Origin: Octopus bimaculoides
Taxonomy: Eukaryota
Length of the DNA stretch: 35,891 bases
Assembly (NCBI RefSeq): GCF_001194135.2
Contig: NC_068999.1
Coordinates: 24,316,964 to 24,352,854, forward strand
Reading direction: 5' to 3'
Shown here: positions 22,630-34,884 of the stretch, one piece after another
Layout of the letters: every line of letters begins with the position of its first letter
Numbering within the stretch: position 1 is the first letter of the stretch
The notes under the pieces: generated by a model
The model's database searches: none
The model's input: only the letters and a program-made list of their open reading frames with translations
Told to the model about the DNA's origin: nothing
Translations under genes and position numbers: made by a program

Positions 22630-23090
22630 TCTAGGCCCGTGTATGATCTCCATGCAACATGATACTTTGTGCGAAATGTCATACACTCTGCCCTCCACTT
22701 GAAAGAATCCTTTTGTTGCCAGCAGAGGAAATATTTATCTAAACTTTACCACACCTATTTTTTCTCTGACTATCATGCATTTGAAGTCCCCATCTCTATC
22801 ATTAATTTGACCACCTTAGAAGGAAAAGCTGTTGACTACTTTTATGCAGCCTTTCAAACATTGAATATTTCCTGTGTTTGAAGACCTCCTTCTCTCTCAA
22901 TCTGCCTGTGATCCCACTGTGCTTCTTGTACACATGTAGTTTAGTTTAGTCAGACCATATAGAATTCTTACTTACTCATTTTCCTTCTATTAAGTATGGC
23001 CACTTTCTCTATGACAACTGAGTACAGATCTCTTTCCTACTAACTAAAGCTACTATCTAAAGCTTTTGTCATTTCTAGATTTACTTTATA
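22630..23090 (-). pseudogene. old RTE RT thumb fragment
   Basis: Minus translation KKHSGITGRLREKEVFK and FPLLATKGFFQVEGRVYD parallels the plus copy at 18650-18950. Confidence 0.8.
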
Positions 23091-23173
23091 ACAATATGAG
23101 GATGAGTCAGAGTTGACAAAATGAATATGAGTCAAAATCAGTCCTTCATCATGTAATTATTGTTACTTTAGAG

Positions 23174-23300
23174 CAGTGGTTCTCAACCAACGTCCATATG
23201 ACCTCTGGTGGCCCATATAAGATTGGGGGGGGGGACTCACAAGCAAAATAGTAAATCCATAGTAGTATTTTAAGTGTCCATATAAAGTTTTAATTTAAAT
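23174..23300 (+). mobile_element. hAT-Charlie-type MITE left end
   Basis: CAGTGGTTCTCAAC TIR preceded by tttagag (Charlie-like target); partner TIR not found. Confidence 0.55.
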
Positions 23301-23354
23301 GTATGTATTACAAGAAACAGCTATGTTTCTTTCTCTAACATTTTACATAGCTCG

Positions 23355-23452
23355 ACCTACACAAGACACTTACCCAAACTACCTCACAGAGGGACTGAAC
23401 CTGGAACCATGTGATTGTGAAGCAAATGTCTTACCACACAGCCACGTCTGCT
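23355..23452 (-). mobile_element. SINE head
   Basis: agacacttacccaa...gggactgaacctggaaccatgtg...ttaccacacagccacgtctgc = reverse complement of the SINE head. Confidence 0.8.
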
Positions 23453-23969
23453 TCAGGTGATGAATGTTGATAGATTGGAGTGGTTAGCTAGTGTTAGTGT
23501 ATATATTTTTGCTGGCAGATTGTCAAAACAGAATCAGTTTGAAACTATTTAGATGATAGGAGAATTCTGTTTGCAGTCATGCTTTGTTGCTCACAATTCA
23601 AACCATCAACTTCTGTTGTCTTTATTTGCCAATAGCATCTTGTCTCCCAGACTGGCTAGTAGACATTAGCTTGCTATTTACTGAACTATTTACCAGTTCA
23701 AGTTTTGCTCACTTTATGTCACCAACTCTTGACTGCAAATGACAAATCTGATTGGTCCAGTTTGTGTTGATGCTTTCACCCATGAGCTGTCTTAACAAGA
23801 CAACAAGAATTCCTATAGAGAAAACCATTGCTCAGATTTTTGCTGTCATTCAAAGAATTTGATAAGCAGTTGATGGATGTCATTTGTTAGATCTTTCATG
23901 ACTTCATCACCAAAGTTGAAAAAGCGTATTTTGTTGTTCACTAAATTCTTCTAATTGAAAAAGGTATCC

Positions 23970-25090
23970 ATGTTCAATTTGAGATAGAAATCTGCTACTT
24001 TGTAGTCTCTCAATTCTTGACTTGGCTTCATTGTTTGGAATGTTTCTCCAAAAATCTTGACAGATATAAGAGCTAGGTCAGTAGCATACATGTATTCCCA
24101 AGGACAGTCAATCTTAAACTCTTCTATTATAGTCAGTTGAACAGTTACAAACATAATGCAGATGAGAACCCAACTCCTCTGTCATCTACCTGCAAATTCT
24201 TCACTAAACTTATTGGTGGACCTCATACTGTTAATGACATTTATTTATATAGCCAGCACAACTCTAACATTTATCTGTACCTAATTTTCTTAGTGATCAC
24301 CACTTTACAGAATATTGTACTTATCAAAGGCTTTCTCCAAGTTGGCAAATGCTATGTTTAATGGCTTGCTCTCTGCTAAGAACTTCTGTAGCTGTCTCGC
24401 TAGGAATTGAATATTTGTGGTACTTCATCCTGGCACAAACATATATTGCATCCCATCAAAGTTAATTCTCTTCCTACTTATCGTTGCTATGACACTTTCT
24501 GTTACTTTTATAATTTGGTCCATTAGTTTGATATCTCCTTAGTTGTAATTTTAATACATATTCAGTACCCCAGTGGTAGTTGATGATACTGCATCACCTG
24601 TCAGTGTGTGTGATATTGTGTACTCCATGGCTACCATGATCCCTACTTAGTTAAATATTTTCAGCATCTCAGCAAGTATCCCTGATCCATTTGCTTTCAA
24701 TGCCTTCAATTCCTTAATCATGTTCACAACCATGTAGCTACCAGCTCCAAAAACTGGTTTCTCTGTTTGGCATATTTCAGATAGCTCCTCTTTTCCCATG
24801 CATTCTCGACATTTACCAATCTTTTGTAGTAACAGTTCCAAGTTTTTTCTTGGTGTCAATGAGACTAAGTGTGTTGCTGTAGTTCTGAATACACTTTTCT
24901 CCAAGATCTAAAATAATACAAATAGATTGTTTTGCAATCTGGAACACCTTTGTCTAATTCTTTCCCCTTCTCTTAAACTCTTTCTCTACCCAACCACAGA
25001 TTTCTAACAATTGAAGACAAATCTGAGCTGCATTCTGCTACATTCATTTACGCTTATCTCTCTGTCTTGAAATGCCCGAAATATATGGAA
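23970..25090 (-). pseudogene. old RTE RT / pre-RT fragment
   Basis: Minus translation IKLMDQIIKVTE, STTNIQFLARQLQK, AFANLEKAFD and IIEEFKIDCPWEYMYATDLAL, with many stops. Confidence 0.88.
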
Positions 25091-26187
25091 ACTCTCTCTT
25101 CTCTTCTGATTTATTTAATTATAAATAAATAAGAGTGTAAGTTTTTCCTAATTAGGAAGTTTATGATTTCACTGATAATGGAAATGAATTTTTTATTAAG
25201 AATGATTAAGTCATTAATGATTACAGGATTTATGCATTTATTTATTTATTTATTGGATTACGTGTTTTAATCTTTACTGTTACAGAGATTAAAATGCTTA
25301 TGATTAGAATTTGATGTTTAAATGAAACTAGACTTGAACCTTCATTCATAACCTACTTGTTAAAATATCACTGTTTATCTTTGAAATAATAAATTTCCAG
25401 ATATGAACAGGTTACAATAAAGTCCTTTGTTTTATTTAAATTTTGCTTTGTTCAATAGAAGAATGTTCTAGTCTTATTCTACTTTTTGAAGAAAAAGGCT
25501 GTATTTTCAGTTGGCAATTCTATTGATTGACTTATCATTACTTGATTCTATTGTCTTAACCTATATTATTTACCAGGCAGAGCCAAATATTAGTCCCATT
25601 GCAGACTTACAGAGTTTTCATTGACTACACAATTGTTAACAGAATTAATTCTCACAGAGTTCAGTAGAAAGGGTATTATGTATGTTCATGATGTGTACAT
25701 TCAGAAAAACTGTATATTATCAATTGTAAACATTTTTAAGTAATAAGAATTATATACAGTATTTGAAAAGTCTTTAATTTATTTTTATCAGTGGTAAAGT
25801 GCAATGTCTGAACATTTTGGATCTCTTGGTTTCACACATTAGTCTAATTAATTTGGAAAATTTCTCCACAGATATAGTTTTCATACTATTTTGAGAAAAT
25901 CATAACCATTTTTGGAGAAATTAAGAATAAAGTAGTTATGAACCTTTAAAAACTGAAATTTTTTAGAATTTCAGCCAATCAGATGTAGCTACATTGACTC
26001 AGGAACAGCGGGTGCAGGAGGTGCAAGTACATTCTCTAAAATTTTTGGAGGACAATGAAAACGCTTTGAACATCCTCCTGAAAAATTTTATCACCAAAAT
26101 GAAAGAGCATAGAAACATTTTTGGAGTGATTTGAAGTGATTTTTATGACAAACAGACAATACTACAAATATCAGGCTATTAAAGCTG

Positions 26188-28055
26188 CTATTTACTGCTA
26201 GTAAAGGTCTTGTGGGTTTTCATCTTGTCTTTGAGTTGTTGAAAATCTGGCTGATATGTTGTCAAGGCTGTAGGAATTAATTCCATCAGGTGTTGGTTTG
26301 TAAGGATTGCACAATGCTTCGACTTCACAAACTTCATTACAGAGTACAGTGATTCACAGCAGTATGTTGTACTGGAAATTGAGATGAGTCACACATTAGT
26401 TTTCCTCAGTTTAGGATATTTTATTTCTGGAACTTGTTTCCAGAACTCAATTGTAGACTGGGATTTATGGATCATCTCTAGACCCAAGTCCTCCAGTAAT
26501 TCCATAAGATCCATTTCCACAGCAGATGATTCCATAACCAGAGATTGACCTCATCAACCATAAATGAATTTATAAGAATGGCAAAGCATGGCTTCAGCTT
26601 CCACAAGTCATCAAACCTGGCTGGGAAATTATCAAGAAGTCCTTGTAATTTATTTTTATATTTTTCCAGTTTGTGGTCTTTTAGTTCAATATCAGGGAAT
26701 ATATTGACTCTCCTACAGAGATTGGGGAAGCAACTGAAGTTTCTTGACAATATGTCTCTTTGAAAAACTCTTATTTTATTCTGAAAGCTGAAAATTATTT
26801 GAATAGGATTAGAAACAATCTTATTCTTCCCCTGGAGTGCTAAGTCGAGTGTTTGTAGATGATTCATTATATCAGTAAGGAACATCAGATCTTGCATCCA
26901 TTCATCATTTTCCAATTGAGGATAGGATCTTTTCTTTAAGAAAAGTAATAATAGGCTCCAACAGATTAACAAACCTACTCAAGACATTTCTGGTTGACAG
27001 CCACATCACAATGCCATAGAAAGAGACATCACTGGGTTTATCTTCGAGCTCCAGTTCTTCAATAAATTTCTGAACTGTCAGTGAGTCCTCCCATTTAAGT
27101 GTATGAAATTGACAATTTCAAGGACAGATTTCATAACATCTTCATACTTGAAGTATCTGGCTGCCAGGTGTTCACGATGTAAAATGCAATGAACAGAAAG
27201 AAACTACGGAAAGCTAGGATCCTTTCTCACAAGTGCAGTTAATCCTACATTTTTTCTCACCAATGGAGGTGCTCCAACTGTTGCAACACTAACAAGTTTA
27301 TTCAGTGGAACATCTGCATTTGTTAAGGTTCTGTCAAGCGCATTGTAATATCAACACCATGAGTTGCTACTTTTAAATGCCACTAAATCCAACATCGCTT
27401 CTTTCACAGAGGAAACATAACAAATAAATACTGCCAGCTGTTGGTGTCTTGTATGATTTGATTTGTCAAGAGCTGAGCTGAATGTGAGAGAATTTTAAAA
27501 ATCATTTTGCATTTTGTCTGCACTGATCTGAGAGTTACGCCTCTCTGTAATGTGGCATGAAACTGGTGTTTGTCCTATTAGTTGCTGAATTCTTGTGTTA
27601 TTTGGATCTGACACTGCAACAACTTCAGCCATATTCTTTTTAACAAATTCGCCATTAGAATATGGGTGTTTAGCACAAGAAATATTCTATGACATAACAA
27701 AACTGGCTTCAGTCGGTGTATCAACTTCCTTACTGAACGTTGTCAACAGTGTCCGCTGGCTATTTAGTGATGATTTTAACACAGTTAACTTGTTTTTCCT
27801 TAATTCTGATTTAGGTGGATAATCATACAGAATGTTTTTGTGATTTGTTTCATAGTGGCGTTTCAAGTTACTGGTTTTGTAATGACTGAGTGACACATGG
27901 CAGATAAGGCACAAAGGTTTACCTCCTTTAATGGTGAATGCAAAATCTTCCTCCCACTCTGGCTTAAAATTTTTGTATTCATCTTCATATTTTCATTTCT
28001 TACAATCGTTTCTTTCATCTTGATATTTTCGTTTCTTACAATTTGAGGAGGTCAT
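26188..28055 (-). pseudogene. hAT transposase, GTF2IRD2/EPM2AIP1-like, disrupted
   Basis: BED-type finger PLCLICH...NLKRHYETNH; ALDKS; ATVGAPP (catalytic D of TDGAP lost); HCILHREHLAA; LMFLTDIMNHLQTLDLALQG; STTYCCESLYSVMKFVKSK dimerisation region. Several stops and frameshifts. Confidence 0.93.
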
Positions 28056-28596
28056 CTTCCTTGACAAAATTTTCGCAGACACTTTTAAACAAAACTTGTA
28101 TCTAAAGTGTACCTAGTTCTGCACAGTTCAATGTCTTGTGTTACACTGCATTAATGTACATGATGTGAGTGTGGTCAAGCCTAGACTCATTAAGCCACCT
28201 GTGACCACTCTCACTCTCCTGGAGCCCCCAAACCTTTAATCCCCTTACCCATGAGCTCAGTCTTCTGACATTCCTCTGTAACCCTTGCTGACCAGAAATT
28301 TCTTTAATCCCTCTGCCTTCCACCATTCCTTCCCTCGGCACTAAAGAACAATGCCTCACTCAGATCTAGCATTAAAATCAGAATTTAAATTCTTAAATAT
28401 ATTTACTAACCATGAACATTAAACTTACGTTTTAATTCAATAGTGTCTCAATTCATACCCAGTAAATAATTATAAAGCTTGAATTTTTTCTTATTTACCT
28501 TTTATATGAACTGTAATGAAAAAAGGAGCTCAGCCAACATATTTCCACGAGCTGCATATTAAGGGTCAAGGAGATGCATGTTGCTTGTGAGCTGCG

Positions 28597-28611
28597 GTTT
28601 GGCCACCCCTG
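28597..28611 (-). mobile_element. 5' TIR of the hAT element (CAGGGGTGGCCAAAC)
   Basis: Typical hAT terminus 556 bp upstream of the transposase ATG; matching 3' TIR and TSD not established. Confidence 0.7.
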
Positions 28612-29139
28612 GCTTAAAACAACACAGCCTGCTAATACTTATCAGAAAAAATAAACATCATTGATAACACTGTCAGTCATTTGATTAACCTAAAGCAGAG
28701 CACTTGTTGATATCTATCATAAAAACTGGATGTCTATGACATCACTGCTAGTCACATGATTAATTCTAAATCCAAACTATTTGATAATATCAGTCAACAT
28801 GAGTGGATGCTATCAATAACAGTAACAACTACATAACCAATTACCTAACTCTCCACCATGGCACAAACCATGAAATCAACTAGAAGATACCCAACACCTT
28901 TAAATATTTTAAACCAAGGATTCCAAAACTAACAAATACCTCCTCCATCACAAAATGTTAATGAACATTTTTTGTCCCCTTACCAATTAATGAGAACACA
29001 AAATAGTTTTTGTATTCATATAATTCTTCTTTTGTCACCATGATTTTGTGGGTACAATATACACAATTCAAACAAAAGTAAAATAAACACAGAAATAAAA
29101 ATAAAAAGAACAAAAAACAAACTTTGATATGCTAGTTAT

Positions 29140-29545
29140 GTTTATTGATATGTTCATTGATTCTGGGTTGAATGCTTGTCAAGACTAAGTTGCATATCAA
29201 TTCCACCTGTTGATGACTTTTGTATTTCATTTTTATACTTGCTAAAGCGGAAAAGCCTTTTAGTATAAATATGATGAGCTAAATGGAAGGAGGATTTGTA
29301 TTGCCTTCTTTGAGCATTTTGATAAGTGTTGGAAGTAAAGAAGCAGAAACAATAATGTTTTCAAAGTATTTGCTTGAAATCAAAGTGGTTGATGCTGCAA
29401 ACACATCAAATCGTTTTGCGTTTATTTTTGCAATATTAAAGCAGGGTGGTAATTTAACCTAACCTTGCATGTGCAAGATTATTGGCCAACCTCTTAGAAT
29501 CCATACAAGATGAAATGAGGCATTTTGAATTAAATAAGCATCAAG
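29140..29545 (-). pseudogene. second hAT (Buster/Charlie-type) transposase C-terminal remnant
   Basis: Minus translation KKAIQILLPFSSSYLY*KAF, then after a frameshift SALASIKMKY...IDMQLSL; matches the hATC pattern 'ILLPFSTTYLCEKGFS'. Confidence 0.75.
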
Positions 29546-29552
29546 GACCCTC

Positions 29553-30073
29553 TCTCTTTTACTCATTTACTTGTTTCAGTCATATGACTGCGGCCATGCT
29601 GGAGCACCGCCTTTAGTCAAGCAAATTGACCCCAGTACTTATTCTTTGTAAGCCTAGTACTTATTCTATCAGTCTCTTTGGCCGAACCACAAAGTTACGG
29701 TGAAATTTAGACAGTGTCACGTGACAACTAGCTGGGGCTGCCTACTGGAGCCTAGCAGCAGATATAAAAAGGGGAACTTGACATGACGATCAGTCAGACG
29801 CTGACACTTGTTGATGCTGCATCGAAGAGGCCAGGGAATAGAAGAAAGAAGACATGCACCCAACACCAGAGCTGAAGACACCTCCGAAAGGNNNNNNNNN
29901 NGGAGTAGGGGCCGAAATCGGACGTGGTTCCTCCTGATGATGTCTTGAGCTAACTGGATCCTATAAAGGAGCTGTTGTGGTAGCAGACCACGAAACATGG
30001 TTGAAATTCCCCAACACACCAGCCTCGGTTGTCAAGCAATGTTGGGGGGACAAACACAGACACACAAACACAC

Positions 30074-30105
<32 letters not shown>

Positions 30106-30267
30106 GACGGGCTTCTTTCAGTTTCCGTCGACCAAATCCACTCACAAGGCTTTGGTCGGCCCGAGGCTATAGTAGAAGACACTTGCCCAAGGTACCACGC
30201 AGTGGGACTGAACCCGGAACCATGTGGTTCGTAAGCAAGCTACTTACCACACAGCCACTCCTGCACC
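29553..30267 (-). mobile_element. full SINE family A copy split by a ~310-bp insertion
   Basis: The two halves (…gttacgg | aacacaccagcc…) rejoin to the consensus; CpGs largely retained. Confidence 0.88.
29701..30012 (+). mobile_element. unclassified LTR/pLTR-like insert inside the SINE
   Basis: Non-SINE, GC-richer; TGTCACGTGACA palindrome, TATAAAAAGG, hammerhead core boxes; contains a 10-N gap. Confidence 0.5.
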
Positions 30268-30708
30268 TATCAACTTTTAAATATAATAAAAATACACATT
30301 TTTCAAATAATATTTTTCCCATTGTATGTATTACACAGTGAATATTCTGCACATTACCAGTCAAGTAAATTAAAGTTTGAGGAGCAAGATAATACAGAAA
30401 AGACTAAATGACCCAAGCAGTCCTCAGTAATCAGAATGATTTTGTAGTGAGAACTGCCTTCAGAGAAATAAAAAACATTTGCTTTAAAAAGAGCACATAA
30501 GAAGCCTGCTTCATCTAATTATGAGAATTCTCAATCTTGTGTTACAGAACACTTTATAGGAATTCTTGACAATCTATTTATATCATCAGCAAATTAACAG
30601 ATTAATTAAACAAATGTTTAAGTTTTTTCCCTCTTCTGAAAATGATATCATTGATTGATGAAGGCCTTTGTCCATGGGTTATTCCGCAAAGGAAATGGGC
30701 TCTGAGTA

Positions 30709-30929
30709 TGATGGAGGTGCTGAAAAGTTCTTGGCTTTAAGAGTATCATAACAGGCCTAGTTGGAGGCCCAACTTTCTGAGTTCTTTTACAGGGCTTAGA
30801 AAAACTGAAGGACCACTGCATTAAGTTTGTGATTCTGAGAGGGGAATATGTTGGATAAAATCATAATTAGCTGATTGTCCTGTATTTTCTTTTACCCAAA
30901 GCCAGGAACTTTAAAGTACCTATCTCATG
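30709..30929 (+). mobile_element. mariner-derived MITE
   Basis: TIRs ggtgctgaaaagttcttggcttt / aaagccaggaacttt; internal LQGLEKLKDHCIKFVILRGEYVG* resembles the mariner transposase C-terminus. Confidence 0.8.
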
Positions 30930-31309
30930 TCTTGGAGTCTATCATCAAAATTAATAATGAACAATAAAGAATCAAGTTATAGCGCATAAGTGGATAAATT
31001 TCATCGCATAGTCAGGACTTTGAAGCATGCACATGAAAAATTTTATTTAAATAATATGCACTATTAGGAAAGTTACTGGGAAGAGTGCGTTTGAGAATCC
31101 ACCACATAATGCGCTTTATTTTCCAGATTTTTAATTTTTATTTCAGACTATACCCTCAACTCCTTAAGTCATAACTTAGTGAGATTAAGACTTGAACTAA
31201 TGCTGCAAATTGGGAAAAGTTTGGGGCTTCTGGCATTACATCACTCTCGACATTACATTTGCTCTGCTTCTAAGTCAGTGGTTACTGCTCACAGTAGCTG
31301 CATATATAA

Positions 31310-31580
31310 GTACATGCATACTTGCACACACAGGCACATATGCACATACATACACACACTTTCATACGTGCATACATATATACATACAAACATACATACA
31401 TACACATATATGCATACATAAATACAAGCACAGACACACAAATATACATACATACATGCATACATACGTACATACATACACACACATACATACACACACA
31501 TACATACACACAGGCATACATGTATACATGCATACATACATACATACATACATACATACAAGTGTGTGCATGTATATGTA
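31310..31580. repeat. degenerate (CATA)n/(CA)n field
   Basis: Direct reading. Confidence 0.9.
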
Positions 31581-31674
31581 ACGATAGTGCAATGGGTGAA
31601 ATGTTTGATAAATGCAGAAAGGTTGAGGTAAAAATATATGAACCTCATCCTAGTCCATCAGTTCTTCCCTGTCC

Positions 31675-31836
<162 letters not shown>

Positions 31837-31956
31837 TTTCAAATTCACTTTCTCATTCAACTTGTTTGTTGATTATGAGTTTTGCTTTGCCGTTTGATAA
31901 GACCAGATACAAACATGTTCAGCTGCGATTACCATATATATAAATAAATATAAACT

Positions 31957-31995
<39 letters not shown>

Positions 31996-32029
31996 ATATG
32001 TCTATTTTATATCTTTTGTTTTTCATTAA

Positions 32030-32236
32030 TGTTTTATTTGTTTCAATCATTGGACTTCAGCCTTGCTGAGGCACTGCTTTGAAAAGTTAAAGTCAAACAG
32101 ATTGATTCCAGTACACATATTGTTCTGAGTCTCTTGCTCATTCTATCACTTCCCTTTACTGAACTGCTAAGTTACCAAGACAAACAAACCAACAACTGGT
32201 TGTTAAGCAGTGGTGGGGAACAAACACAAATACAAA

Positions 32237-32276
<40 letters not shown>

Positions 32277-32490
32277 CATACACACACATGCATGTATGTG
32301 CTCACACATACAAACACATGCTAAGGCACACAAACACACATGCACAAGCACACACACACACGCACACACACACACACACGCACACACACATACACAGTTT
32401 CTGTCTACCAAATTTCCTCACACACCAGTGGTTGGCATGGGACTATAGTAGAAGACACTTGCCCAAAATGCTGCACAGTCAAATGGAACC
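32030..32490 (-). mobile_element. diverged SINE family A copy
   Basis: tttgtttcaatcattgg...gaactgctaagttacc...(CA)n...actatagtagaagacacttgcccaa. Confidence 0.75.
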
Positions 32491-32642
32491 CGACCGATCA
32501 ACAGACAGACAGATAGATGTACAAGTAGACAAACAGGTAAATAGATTGAAAGATAGACAGACAGACAGTCGGACAGGCAGATATACTCACACATATACAC
32601 AGTCATCCACACAGATACACACATATCACATGCGCAAACACA

Positions 32643-32770
32643 TCCCAACCACATGGTTCTAGGTTCAGTCCCATTGCGTGGCATCTTGGGCAAGTGTTTT
32701 CTACTATAGCCTCAGGCTGACCGAAGCCTTGTGAGTGAATTTGGTAGATAGAAACTGAAAGAAGCCCATC

Positions 32771-32816
<46 letters not shown>

Positions 32817-33495
32817 CAAAATGGGACAAGAACACAAAACATCTAGATAGTTAAGTGATACAAAAAAGGGATAACAAAACATCCAGACAGACGATACAAA
32901 GAAAACAAGGATGGGTCATTTGAAGTTTTCTTTCCTCAGTTGAGTTCATGGTTATCTTTGCAATTTCAGCTGGTTATACTCGAGATTGCTCCAATCTGGC
33001 CAGCCCCAAGGAAAGAATAAGCTAAGAGCATTACATTCCTTGGAAGAAAACAACGAATGTATACGAAAACAAGGATGGAAAAAAATGGAGAAAATTACAC
33101 AAATATAAATGACAGGACATAACAACAGGTGTCTTTCAACTGAGGACGAATTAAATTAAGCTGGCGTGTGTGGAAATAAAGCCTTACGGCAGGGATACAA
33201 TATTTCACAGGCACAGGGGGCATCCAAACCAAGAAAGAAAGGTCATATGTGAGTGTGTGTGTGAGTTTTATTGCCTGTGTTTGTCTCCACGCCATCACTT
33301 CACAACTGATGTTGGTGTTTACGTCCCTGTAACTTAGTGGTTCAGTAAAAAAGGAACTGATAGAATAAGTACTAGGCTTACAAAGAATAAGTCCTGGGGA
33401 TCGATTTCTTCAACTAAAACCCTTTAAGGCAGTGCTCCAGCATGGCTGCAGTTAAATGACTGAAACAAGTAAAAGAATAAAAGAATAAAAGAATA
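32643..33495 (+). mobile_element. SINE family A split at its internal (TA)n by a 435-bp insertion
   Basis: Head 32643-32772, (TA)n, insert, then body and tail 33250-33495. Confidence 0.85.
32811..33245 (+). mobile_element. unclassified repeat (possibly PLE terminus)
   Basis: A second, inverted copy is at ~35560-35891; abuts (TA)n. Class is inference. Confidence 0.6.
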
Positions 33496-34032
33496 TCACA
33501 CACACACACACACACGTATTACTTTTGCAACTCATGTTTTGAGATCAACCCTAAATTCACTTAATTCTTTTTTAGCTGACAGTACATCTATTTTTTTAAA
33601 CACACTCACTGCTTCTTCACATTTTACATTTTATTATCTTTATTTTTGATTTTTATATATAATCTCAGAATATTTTTGTAACCTTGTCATATGACTATTA
33701 AATTCAGCTGTCTTTTTGAAAGAGGTCTTTCTTTTTTTACATGGTGCTAACCATTGCCAATCATTTTAGTTTGTGTGTATACATACATGTTTGTGTTTAG
33801 TTGAATTTAATACTCATACGACAAGGTTACAGAGGTATAATGAAAATATTCTAAGAGTTAATGTAAAAAATTCAACAACAACAATAATAAAAAAAAGGCA
33901 TAGTAAGTTAGTAAACAGAACCACCTGCACAAATGATATATTTATAATGATTGAATGTTTGGGTTGCACATTAGTCCTCATCATGCAGAGTACAAAAGAA
34001 ATACAATGATGATGAGATGATGATGACTGGAT

Positions 34033-34443
34033 GGGTGGTAAGTAGCTTGCTTACCAACCACATGGTTCCAGGTTCAGTCTCACTGCATGGCACCTTGGGC
34101 AAGTGTCTTCTACTATAGCCTCTGGCTGACCAAAGCCTTGTGAGTGGATTTGGTAGATGGAAACTGAAAGAGTCCTGTCATATATATATACATGTCTGTG
34201 TGTGTATGTGTTTGTGTGTGTGTGCGTGTGTGTGTCTGCCTGTCTGTGTTTGTCCCCCTAACATCGCTTGACAACCGATGCTGGTGTGTTTACGTCCCTG
34301 TAACTTAGTGGTTCAGCAAAAGAGACCAATAGAATAAGTACTAGGCTTACAAAGAATAAGTCCTGGGTCGATTTACTTGACTAAGGGCAGTGCTCCAGCA
34401 TGGCTGCAGTCAAATGACTGAAACAAGTAAAAGAATAAAAGAA
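34033..34443 (+). mobile_element. SINE family A, near full length
   Basis: Collinear with 17399-17849. Confidence 0.9.
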
Positions 34444-34459
34444 TACATACACACACACA

Positions 34460-34580
34460 CAAGTGGGTGCTGAAAAGTTCCTGGCTTTAAGGGTATCATG
34501 AAAGGCTTGGTTGGGAGGGGGCAACCAATCCCTCTATATTTCCTTTTACCCAAAGCCAGGAACTTTTCAGCACTCCCTCA
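34460..34580 (+). mobile_element. mariner-derived MITE, short deletion variant
   Basis: TIRs gggtgctgaaaagttcctggcttt / aaagccaggaacttttcagcactc; TA flank on the right. Confidence 0.85.
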
Positions 34581-34588
34581 TATGTATA

Positions 34589-34800
34589 TCTTTTATCTTT
34601 TACTTGTTTCAGTCTATTGACTGTGGCTATGCTGGGGCATTGCCTTGAAGGATTGTAGTCAAACAAATCAACCCCAGGACTTATTGTTTTCTAAGCCTAG
34701 TATTTGTTCTATCAGTCTCTTTGGCCAAACCACTAAGTTACTAGAACCTAAACACACCAATACCAGTTGTGAAGCAGTAGTGGGCAGACAAACAAGGATA
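34589..34800 (-). mobile_element. SINE family A 3' half
   Basis: tcttttacttgtttcagtc...ccccaggacttatt...gccaaaccactaagttac. Confidence 0.8.
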
Positions 34801-34826
34801 CTAACACACACACACACATATCTGTG

Positions 34827-34862
<36 letters not shown>

Positions 34863-34884
34863 ATCTGAGCAGTGGTCTCGCTTC

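Larger units (their letters stand above)
21690..22680. promoter_or_regulatory. CpG-retaining island, putative unmethylated promoter / 5' gene region
   Basis: Hand count ~36 CpG in ~1 kb versus ~6 in 11700-13600 and ~8 in 22700-25100. Contains a donor ttt|GTGAGT (21834) and a strong acceptor tttttacAG (22029). Confidence 0.5.

Noticed and set aside
25574-25588. Possible partner TIR for the hAT (caggcagagccaaat)
   Set aside because: Only 10/15 match, and the flanking 8 bp (ttatttac) do not match gcttaaaa.
26545-26763. Plus ORFs at 26545 and 27595, minus ORFs at 17990 and 18437
   Set aside because: Antisense shadows of transposase or RT.
29283-29462. 59-aa plus ORF (MEGGFVLP...) and its open antisense frame
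   Set aside because: A different minus frame carries the hAT motif; these are shadows of the transposase remnant.
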